Under the pieces are notes generated by a model. The model did not search any database. It saw only the letters and a list, made by a program, of their open reading frames with translations, and was not told the origin of the DNA. A program made the translations under genes and the position numbers. DNA of 64,000 nucleotides, taken from the NCBI GenBank assembly GCA_002633005.1, contig NMRA01000369.1, positions 209,885 to 273,884 of the forward strand, read 5' to 3'. Shown here piece after piece: positions 24,001 through 36,000 of this stretch. This stretch comes from Phoronis australis (lineage: Eukaryota; Animalia; Phoronida). Within the stretch, counting starts at the first letter, position 1, and each line of letters starts with the position of its first letter.

Positions 24001-27000
24001 GAACACAGTTCGCAGATCTTACCTTCCGCCTGATGCTTGTAAAACGTGAGTCGTCTGTCTCCATTTCTTTGGCTTCCTTTACAGCTCTCCTTTACAAAGT
24101 CTTTGAGCACATTTGACTTGGGACTTAAGGCATTTGACTGTTGGCAATAATTGCTCAGTTGGGCTTGCTTTACGCTTTTTTGGTTGATTTGCTGTTATAG
24201 TTTCTTGTTTGTACAGTAAATATTAAAACTGAATAAGGCTACATTCCTCCTTCATTTCCCAAGTTCAAATTTAATGTATACATCGTATCGTATTTAGTGC
24301 ACATTTAAGGCACCACATCTCATTTCCCAACCGCCAACTATGCAAGGCTTCTTACTGCTTGGGAATACACTTGGCACTTACCACAACAGCACCTGCATTT
24401 TATGACTGGCTTCTTTTGTTTGAGAATTATAGGGAACAGAGATTGGGGTTAGTGATAACCACTGCCGGTTCCTGGTATCATTCTTTCCTGATCATTTTTG
24501 ACATTGCAAATTATAATAACTGATTAGAATCGGTTCCATCATTGTAAATTGAACTTTCTCCGTTGTTTGAATGACAAAAGTCAGTTAACTGCGACAGAAG
24601 AAAAGAGAAATAACATGAAGCGCAACTGCTGTTCCTTTGTTGGCATGTCCAGCTGACCTCTATTACGTACGGTACCTGTCTGAGCTGCACAATGAAGTGA
24701 CTTGACTTGTGTACACCACCACTTATTGGAGTGGTCTTAATACCCCCAAATAATTCACTGAAATTTGAATGGGGGAGCACCTCGTAAATGCACTCTGTTA
24801 TTACCAAAAGATCTCCATGATAGCAAGTAACAGCATATGTTCACGAAAACAACAACGGTTTTAAAACTTGACATGTTTAGGTGGCCACTTTATTATGACT
24901 TCTGAGGATGGTGTTTAATAAATGACACCGAAACATGTCAAGTTTTAAAACCGTTGTTGTTTTCGTGAACTCTGTTATTACTAGTTCATCACACAAAAGG
25001 GGGACAGAAGTGATGCACTTTATGTGTGTGACATGCTAAATAGGTTGTCATTCGTGACAGCTGCAAGTAAATTGTGTCTTGGTTTGTAATCATAACATTG
25101 GGAACTTGACGCCTTGATTGTTCTGTGCTATAAGTGATACGTGTTACAGGTTACAAGACAAGATAGCCAAAACTCGCTACTGGCCTGTTGAAGTGATGAG
25201 AATGCCTCTGCCATCTGGAAACAAAGGCAAAAAGGTACTGTAATTGTGGGCAGTCTCTTGTTCTAATGGAGACATTTCATTTGCAAACCATACTTAATAC
25301 CTAGTCCAAATTCATACCTGCATGTGGATGACCGTCTTATTTCAAGTCCAGGGATTTGAATGTGCATTCTTGTTGAGATTTTCTATTGCTATACTGCTGG
25401 GCTGCATTCCGTAGACCACAAGACATCAGCTTGCAATTCATAGACATGTCAAGGGGGTCCACCCCCCTTTTTTCCCTTGACTTCAGTGGTATCAAATCTA
25501 GAATTTTAAAGTTGACTGGGCCCCTCTTGTAAAAAAATCCTTGATCTGACCTCCTTTAAATACAAAATCCTATATCAACCCCTGCCTTTGCGTCAACAAA
25601 TCTTTATTTGTGGAACAAAAACACTGTGAATTAAATCCTTACAATTCAACTTTCAAACTGTAGGCTAGTAAACCCTGATCATACTTACAAAACACTCGCC
25701 TTTCATAGGTGTGATTTTGCAATGTCTTGCGAGATCTTGCTTTTCTCACAAGATTCTTGGTCTACGGAACGCTCTCCAGATTTTATTAATTGTTGTAATT
25801 CTGTTAACCAACACGCCCTTTATCTATGGTGGTCATCACAGGACTGTGCACCCAAGGATTTTGGAGCATTTAAATGTGAATTGTGCCTATCATGATGTAC
25901 GATTTTTACATTTATCAATTTTAATATTCTTACAAAAAGTGATATTGAAATGCGCGTTGTGATCTGTCTTCAACACATCTAGAAATTTTAACCATAAATT
26001 TGGTATCTCAAGTAAGAATTTCTGGTATTATTAAATAACAAAAAACTTAGCTGATTTATACAGCCAGGGTGATGCAATCTTTTGACGTATGACTATTGAT
26101 AAAGTTAATTACTAACAGTTTGTAAAATTTTCTGAATGAATCACAATAATATACTTCCTAACATTATGATAATACTTTGTGAGTTGTGTAATTTGTCAAA
26201 TGGTTTCAGTCATGTCACACGACTTACCTGTTCACTTCACCAGGTGTTCATATTTCCGGGCGGAGGTCGGGTGGTTAGTACTGAGACTCTTTTGCACATG
26301 CCGACATGTACTCCAGCACGCGCTTGAAAAGCTCGTGTTAATTATGCATTTTATCATTTTGCTCAGCAAGATGTGTGGTCATTTTATTTGCCAATGAAAG
26401 TTACTGAGGCAAACAGAATATTTGGAAATTTTATTAGTCATAGTTGGGTTTGTGTGGCACGCTTCACTTTCCTTGCACTACTTTTATGCTCTAAGAAGAA
26501 GCTCACTGAATTTATATGCCCCCACACACAAACACAAACACAAACACACACACACAAATTTGGGATATTCAAAATGTTGAGGCAATACTTTACATCCACC
26601 ATTCAAATAAGTGTGATAGCCTACTAGTTGTCTTGGTGATTTTAGCACTTGCGATGGCAGGCACAGATCCAGGATCATGGCCGCAGGGGGTCTTTCATGA
26701 AAAGTGACAAAAATTTGGTCTTATGCGACCCACTTTACAGTTGTCGAGTAAAGTGTTAGTCAACATGCAATGATGAGCACACCACTGCATGAAAATAACT
26801 TGTAGAAATTTTCTCAGCAAGTTGCTGATTCTTTTCTAAAGTGAGTTGCAATTATTTTTTAGAAATAGTTATGTAGAGCGCAAGATCAAATTTCTGTCTT
26901 AAGTCTTTTAAAGTCACTTTCGTGAAACAAACCCATGGTATCTCACAATAGACAGACATAGGTGACTTTTCATACTCCTCCATCACAGCAATACGGTCAT

Positions 27001-30000
27001 GCACGGGACATGGACCCTTGGCCTCTACCCTGGATCTGTGTTTGTATGGCAGAACAACTCTGGTAAAATTCTAGCACCCCTGTATGCCTTGTCTTGTTAT
27101 CCTCCGTATTCTAATGCGATGTTATTTTCTACCTTATCTAGAGAAAACCTGACCACCTGGTAACGATATTTTCTTTGAAGGCAGCTTTGTTATTGTTGGG
27201 ACTGTTTTGGGCTTCTAGTTACTGAAGACTTTGTCATTGTCGAGATAGTTATTGTTATGGTGAAAATATGTCCATTCAATTGTAACAAAACATTTTAATT
27301 GAACATGGAAAGGACTGTCACAAATGCTCGTCCTTTTGAAAATGATGACAGCCTCCCATGGCAACCTAAATGCGCCAGGCAAGTGTAAAAAATGTGAAAT
27401 GTTAATTTTTATCAGTGCCAAACAATTTGAGTTTGTCATCAGTTAAAGCAGACACAATAACTATCTTCAAATCGCAGCTTTAAATGTTGGTGTTTGTTAG
27501 TCATTGTGCTTGCGTCAGATGTTAGCGGGTTGGGAGCTACAGCCAATTGGAATCGCTATAGCTGTGTTTACTATTTACGTATTCACTTAGTTTAGTCCTG
27601 TCACTCATTAAAGTTTTTTTTCAGCAAATTCTTTCAAGTGGTGTATTTTATTTTTGGTAACTGTAGTAACCGAATGGGGAGAAATCCTGAGCGTTTAGAC
27701 CAGGCATTCATTAATTGTTAGCTTTACCTGGATTTCACTCATGAAAGACCTGGAAAAAAACAAAACACATATTTTGCCAGCACGGAAACTGATGGGAAAT
27801 TAAAAATAAATGAAAAGCCTGGGACATGGAAATTCCATGAAAGATCAATAAGTCACCTAACTCGGAAGTCATGTCGCTTTTATCACGTGTTCATTTAAAT
27901 GCCTGGAAGGAGTTGTTTGTAAAAAGTTCTACTTTATTGTCTATTTTTTGCGGTAAAGCAGCTCGGGGGAAGTGAAAATTATATCCAGGAAAGTCATGGA
28001 TTTCTCAAGGAAAATGAAAGCACATTGTGAGTGGGAATCATGTCACATTCTGTTGTGTTGGGAAAATTGTTACTGCAGACCGGTTAGGTGTGACTTTTGT
28101 GTTAGGGCAAGGTAATATTCCCAAGGCCATTGTCATGCTTACACCCTTGTCATTGTAGGATGAAGACAACGCTGTTTTCTTTCATGGTGTGGCCTACGTC
28201 AACATGGCACCCCTTCTGTACCCCGGAGGTGAGACTGAGACAAGGAATTTTTTGAACATTGTTTTGTATCATTATCTGAAATCTGGTGTATTCATTCTGA
28301 ATACTGTAACAGTATAATACCTATGAGAGCGCAGACACGAAAGAGCAGTTTCACGAGAGATTCTCAATTTCTTTGTTGTTTTAAAAACATGCCAAAAGTT
28401 GATTCTTCATTACGTCCATATTCTTTTGGATGTTATAACTTAGAAAGACTTACAAAGATTTTTTATACTAAGTGCTTTTGTGTCCGTATTCAAGAGGTTG
28501 ATATATGTTATTCAAGTAAATGTAAATCTCGTGTTTTTCACATAGTGAATATAGCTTTCAATGTAGTGGCTGCCTGACTGGCAAGCTTTGTATTTAGTGC
28601 AATGTGTTTTAAATTATTTTGTTATCTCAGTTTTCTGGGTTGTAATGGTTCTTATTTATGTAAACTTTAGGTTTTGAAATTATTTGGAAAGAATAGTACT
28701 GTGTAGTGTCATTAATGCACAGAGTAACGCGAGTACATTGTTCAATTGGAACTTTTTGTGCATATTTTCATAGGTAGCGTGTACCTTTTGTGATTTTGAC
28801 ATGAAATTGTGAAATATTGTGTTTCAGTGAAACGCATCCGTGGTGCATACAAAGTGTATCCCTTTATTGAGAGTGAAAATTTTGAGAAGGTGAGTAATAA
28901 TATTAGCATACATTACATGACTTTCAAAAAGAAACGGTGACAATTATCAGTCATGAGGCTAATGTTTGTGTGCTTATACTACATCCGCTCGAGTATAAGC
29001 CTGGGAGGCTACAGGTACATATGTCGGCATTTGTTTATAAACCCACAAGCTTGTATTGCTCATTAATGTTAATTAAAGGGGAATGCAACTGTTTTTAACG
29101 TAAGGTTTTATGATTTTAGTAAACGTACAGTCCCTGGTTTTCTTGGAGAGATACTATTCTGTGTTGAGTTCTGTTCTCTTTGCATCACTAAAAACTTGGA
29201 GATGTGTATAAACCTTGGCTGTGTTCCGTAGACATGAGAATTTAACATGTGAAGCTAAGTAATACCCGGTGATATCTTGCAAAGTCTTGTGTTATCTTCC
29301 ATTTTCACGTCAAGTTTCTTGGGTGTGCGAAACACAGGCCTTGTGTTTTAGGTGGTGAGATTTAGTAATTGTTTCAGTATGATCGGATGGCGCTTGCCTC
29401 GCAAAACTTTGTGCAGAAGATTTAAATTAAATTTTAAAGATCTAAATGTCAAGCTCACTTCAATTTTTATTCTTTTGAAATAATGATATGATTGTTAGAC
29501 AGTGAGTCTTACTTGCAACTAAAACGTGTTGCATTTGACCAGTGCAGCTTTCAATAGTTGTGACCACAAGTGGCAAATGTTGTTCATATTGTTTACAAGT
29601 CACCATTTTTTGTGATGTCACCAAATGTTTATGAGACGACACTGTCCCATAATGCATTTTGGCAAATTACAAATGGCTGCTCATGAGTTGCTGTGGTGAG
29701 AGTCATGGTGTTAATCCTTACTGAATGTTTGTAAAGTGCTATGCATATTTTTAAATATTGAAGAGTATTAAATTTTTGAATGCTAAAGAAAAAGGAGAAA
29801 ATATCTACTGCTACGAAAGTATTTATGTGTGATGGTTTTGTGTGATGCACGTAATTTATTGTTTGGATGCATATTTTTTTAGTGTAAAGCTGAGGTAGTA
29901 AAATGTCAGCAACTATCAGTCAAAATGTTTTGCAAAAGTTTGTTCTTTTGTGTTTTAAGTGCATAATCATGAAACAGTGTTTGAATGTGCTAAAGCATAA

Positions 30001-33000
30001 ATTTGGCAAATTTTAATTGCTTGCCATCTGCAATGTGTCCCAACTTAGTACGATAATACTTATTTAGCCACCTGTCTCATAATTGTTTTTATTCATTTTG
30101 TCACGTCATATTTGATAAGTGCACAGTTGAGAGTGGTTTAATATGTAAAGCGTGCTTTTTACTTTATACCTCATTTTCGTGAACTGTGATTCATTCAGTT
30201 GGTTGGTAGTGATTGCACTGCCTTGCAATTCATTAAATGTCTGCAAATTGTCAACCACTCAATTCGTTAAGCTCCAGCATACATGATGTTGACCCTAGTA
30301 CACTAGTCCTTCATTTAAACTTGAGTGTTGAAAATTTGACTATAGTGGGTGTGTTGTGTACAACTTTGGATTTTTTGCATTCAAGTAGATGGAATGGCTG
30401 ATTTTTGAAATAGCTGTCTCATGTTGAAATTAATAAAATGACTCCCCACACAGCAATCAGGTCTTTGGTGGACATGCTTTCAGCACCACCTAAAGACCCC
30501 ACTGGGAGATTTCTACTTACTGCAGTTATAAACAGTGTTTTCACACTTTTCCTGCTATCATAATGCCAGAAAATTTTCACTCATTGTTAGGTGGAATGTA
30601 TAATTACTAGCTTAGGAATAGGGCAAACTTCTTGATCAACGGATGAACAAGGACATCATGTCCCATGTATCTCCCGCTGCAAAGAATAATCCGCTGCTGC
30701 GAGGTCATTGGCTGCAACTGATGAAGTGGGAGAATTTCAGCCTGCTCAAAAGCTTAAATAAATTGGCAAACATAACCTAATCAAACATTGGGAGGGGTTG
30801 ATAGTGGGATTTATTTCTCTATTAAATCAATGAACCACTATGTAGTAGCGCATTTCTGTCTGGTGAATCTGAGTTGAGATCAAGCGGAGTTCACTTTCGC
30901 TCTCTCATTATTTGAGAGAGCGCCAATATGAAAAGTCCTCTATTATATAAGCTCAGGGAATTTAACCTGGATGCAAGGGTTTATTCCATTTATTCAAGTG
31001 CAACGAACTCCAGCTTATATACAACCAAAAATACAGTTATTAAAATGTTCATCTTATAGGTACACGCTGTTGACTCTTATCTGCGTTATTGTTACAGTCA
31101 CTTATAAGCAATGTTCCCTCATTTTGAGAACCAGTTTGACACACATTATTTAGTGGAGAAAATTGGTTTTAAAAATGCATGGAGTCCTGTAAGTGACTGT
31201 TACTGTTCCCAAATTATACAAAATGAGAAATGAATAAGAAAAATTTTTGTGGAAGTATAATTTTCATTTTAGTAAAATTAGTTTGTCACTTAGCTTAAGT
31301 CAACTCTGTCGCTGTTTGCCATCAAGGTATCCGTCGGTTAAATACATTGAATTCTAAGAGGTCTGAAGTGTTTTTAATTTTCATGTGGTGTTATTTTTAG
31401 ACGAAACGCAAAGGAAACCTCTCAGAAGAAGCAGCGAAAGTGGCCGCTGGTTTGATGATGAGAAATACTGCCTCACCGTTCCCAAAAGGTGGCGGTAAGG
31501 GTGGTAAGGAAAAAGACGACAAAAAAGAAACAGCAAAGAAAGGAGTGAGTGTTGGCATTATGATGTTACGGTCTAAACATAGTATGTCATGTCATATGCC
31601 CTAACTTATAAATTCTAGGAGACGTTGCACTATAATGGTATACCCATTTCACATCATTTTCAAGTTTTCTGTGTGTATTACATACGAGGCAGATGACGTC
31701 AATAGCTTTTGCTGGGAAGTGACTACTGTTAAATGCCCCGGAGTTACATCCAGTAGGTCAATGCAGTGTTATGACCCAGGTTTATATGGATATGCACACT
31801 GACTAGGATTGCCCCTTTAACTATGGAATGTTATGATGACCAATGCTGGACAGTTGTCCACCATCTGGAACATTATGTTTTTGTCTTCAAAACATTTGTC
31901 TAAATGTGCACAAGCGCTGCTTATGGGTTTGTTATAATTTGCTATGCGTACTTACCCACTTTAGCAGTCCTGTAGCTATTCTACTTATTCCTTTGATGTT
32001 GAGATAGCTCTACTATTCATTTTCAGACTCATGATTTGCCAGGCTTTCAATTGTGACTATGTGACTTATCTGCTTTGACATTCTGCAAAACTGTGCCATG
32101 AAGCATATTAAACACAGACACCTTTAAGTTCCCTGCATATCCTTAAATAGTTTACGCGCTGCATACTCCATTTAGAAACTTGACGTTACTGTCTTTGTGT
32201 CTTCAAGCTTACATTAGGGTCTCATGTAAGATTCTTTTATTTGGATATTTTTGTTGTTAAACTTTGTGGTCACTCTTTGTTATGACTCACACTGGCAGAC
32301 ACCTTTTTATTTGACCTTCTTCTGTGTTACTAATCGTTAGGTAGATAAGTGTTTTTTTATTAGCTGTATGTTATTCTTATAGTGACCTTGAGATTTTCCG
32401 TCATCTAACATCCTGTTTAATTATCTTAGTTCGTCTGATCGTTCTATCTAATGCACGTAAATATGAGACCTAGTGCATACTGCCATTATCTCTGTCATAT
32501 GTCTGTCCGGACGGGTGCATCTGAAGGATCATCATGAAATTCGGCTGATTTATTTTATCAAGGAGACCACCACTGACATCGATATGCATTTCTGGGAGTT
32601 TTGACTAAAATTATGCCTCCTGCTGGTAATTTTGTTCAGTTTTCCAGTCTTGGTATCAGTCTGGCTGCCATCCCACAGAAGGGTCATGCAAAATTTTTTC
32701 CGATTAATGTTTTCATGTCAAGGAAAACTTTTGGTAATAAACTTTGCAGTTATAATTTTTGAACAAATCAATATGTTTTGCTCCTTGTGACAATTTAAAT
32801 TTTCAGGTGTTTAATTTGTCCTTGCCAAATTCAGTTACTTAGTAATTGGCTTTCGTGGAAATGAACAAATTTTTTTCTTTAATTTCTTAAAGTGAGGAAA
32901 ACATATCCCACTTTTCGTACATTTCACTTTTACTTTTCATTCTAATTGTCACAATTTCTAAGTTTTTTTAACCATCCGGTGTCTGTTTTGAATATTTTTT

Positions 33001-36000
33001 ACCTTACTTTTGTGATATTTATGAAATAATTGTGTTTTGTCAGTGAGAGGATTGCACCTCGTTATTTGTCAAATGACTATCATTGCAATATCAACTAGTT
33101 TGTAATTTCGGTTTTACTACAACTGCTTCCTGCACATTTTGAGTCAAAATTGCATCCTCTTTAGCTTTGTAACTTGCGATGACCATAACGTCTCGCGTTG
33201 CTTCTTTAATTTAATTATAGGCTGGTTGTCACAGCCATGCGTCTGTCAATGTTATCGCACTTTTATAAGTTAGTCGCTTACTTAATTTTCACGCATGACT
33301 TTTCTGCTCTTGCTTCGATTTATTTTTAGATTTTATGTTTGACCATGTGTATGCTTTGCACTATTGTTTGATATGCTGAATTTCCAGAAAACACCCAAAC
33401 CCACTGCAGAAAGTAGTGCCCCATCCGAGGAACCGGTTTGTATCTTGTAGCTTTTTCTGCTAGACCCCTTGCACCAGCCGCGTGATTTTGAGACACTGTT
33501 TTTTACCCACCTTCCCCTCGTGGTCCACCCGCTCTAATTGTTAGTGTGCAACTTGCTATTACCAGCTGATTTTAGTCCTCTGTTGTTTTCTTGTCCAATT
33601 TGGTAAATATCAGATGGGAAATGCAAAGAACATTGACGTTGTACATTTTTGCGGGGAAAATGAGTCAAGTGCATCATTCTAAAGAACTTTTTGTGCCAGC
33701 ATGATGTTGACCATTCAGCACCATGGTGATGCTGGTGGTGGTGGGTGGTGGGTATCTTCTGTTGGTAAGAGTTACCTGAAGGCAGCGTTTGTGGATAACG
33801 ACTGATGCACTTTGAGGTGTATGATAACTGCATGATTCAGGGGTTTTTCTCAAAAATGCTGGGCCTCTCGATCAATTTTGAATATTTTTTAAGTACTACA
33901 CAAAAGTTTTATACACAGAACTATCTTATACATGTAGTTCAGTTCATGAAAATTGCTACACATTGTTTCGTGCCACTTTCTGGCTTATGGTAACTGTCAC
34001 TTACAGTAAGCGCGCATTTTGAGAACCAGAATTTACTCCAGACCACTGAATCAAACTGGTTTTCAATTTGTGGAGCCCCTGTAATTGGCGACTGTTGCCG
34101 GCTTGGTATTTTTTCCTCACCATGAATCACTTAACAACCTGTTTAAGCTAATCTTCAAAATAGAGCATTGAAAATTATAAATTTATCCCTGAAATTGTGA
34201 TAAAGGCTCTGCAGAAACACTTTGAACTTGAGAGCCAGTACTTTGAGAGAAACCACCGTGTTTTGCTGTGATCTCCATATCAGTCATTTATGAGCACCGT
34301 GTTAGCATCAAAATTAAACTTTTATCCATCCAACTTCTGTACCTTTGGCGCTATGTCTGCCATTAAGACTGGCTAATTGTGATATGATTAATTTGGCTGT
34401 TGAACATTTATATTAAATTACTAAAAATGAATTATATCCGAAGAATTCCCAAACTTGTAGGTTGTTTCAAGAAAGGCATCTTCAAAAAGGCTGAGTTACC
34501 ATTGGTTTATTCTAAATCTTGTATCCTATAGCCTTTAATATTCTCGTCATGAAAAAAAATTATGCCAGGATATGCAAACCGGTGTTCATTAAGCAATTGA
34601 CTTAATACCAAGTGCTGTGCCCTTTACAAATGATTCAGCTGCATTATGGTAATTATGTTGAGTTAACCCCTAATGAGTACTCTCTTTTGTCAAGGACACG
34701 TGTCTTTGCTAAACCCAGAGTTACCTGTTATTGGCTGTAAGGTACACAGCACCCCGTGTGTCGTGTCACTGTGGCCGACTCATTTCAAGCTAGTTGGTAC
34801 TTGAATGCAACTCTACATCTTTGGTAATTAATTGCTATAGGTTAAGAATCTGACTTTTTAGAGTTGATTCATGATAGTTAAGAATAGTGATCTGCCGAAG
34901 CCGTGAACTTTGTGTGGCCTCAAGGGGGGCTCAGGTCGGACAACGTACAGGTGTAGGATGTGCTTGACGCTCCTTCACTTCATGAAGGGTCTGATGTGAC
35001 TGTGGGAGAAGGTGTGGAATGGCATGATTTACAAACACTTAGTTCAGTGCCTCAGATATTTTTGGTTTGTTAATTTATTGATGACCTATTGGCGTTAAGC
35101 GTAAGTGCTCTAAAGACAGAACTTGCTGTAATTTTAGGAGACTACTTCTCACAAACCACATGTAGACAAGGTAATGGAGCTGTGGTGTAGTGAACATTTA
35201 ACATTTGATAACTGACAAAAAATTTTGAGAATTTATTAACTGATACTGTCTTGAATTTTGGTCCTTTTATTATTTTTGGTGTCAAGTGTTAACTCTTAAC
35301 AATTGAATGAGATTTTAATATTGTTCTATACAAGGTACCTTCTGCCTCATTATAAATATTGCGATATGGATGACTAATCTTTTCGTGATTAAAATACTGA
35401 ACATTTTGTTGCATTTCAAAGCCATAATCCCATTCTGCCCTGGTAACAATTTCATTAATTTGTAATTCCGTTCTGTCTTTTTATTAATGTCTAATTGTAC
35501 TTTTTCTAGTAATAAGTTGTTTGTCCCTTTTTCTAAGGCGAGTCGTGCTGGATCAGTCTTTGTAAGTTAACTTACCCTCTAACCCAATCCCTTATTCAGT
35601 CCTGTTTCCCTGTATCCTACTCTACTAAACATTTAATTGGGAGCTTGTGCATTGTGTGACTGATCTGTGGGCAGATTTAGGAGGAAACCTTTGGGTACAC
35701 CACCCCTGCTGTATCTTCGGGCTACTTAAGTCCCATCCACACACAGCTAGGTACCCGAGAACAGCTAGGACAATGAACAGCTGTGTCAGTATGCATACCA
35801 CAGCTGATACGTCCGCCTTGTCCCAGGTTTGCAGCCACACAGCGATTAGAAGTGAAGCAAGTTACCTTAGAACAAGTTACCCTACCTCGATAAGACGGAG
35901 TAAGATGTCACAAGTGGTTTAGGTTGCGCTAGCCTCCAAACCCTGCGGCAACTCTTTCCAGGAGTAACTTGTTCTAGGGTAAGTCTGTGCGTGGATGGCA

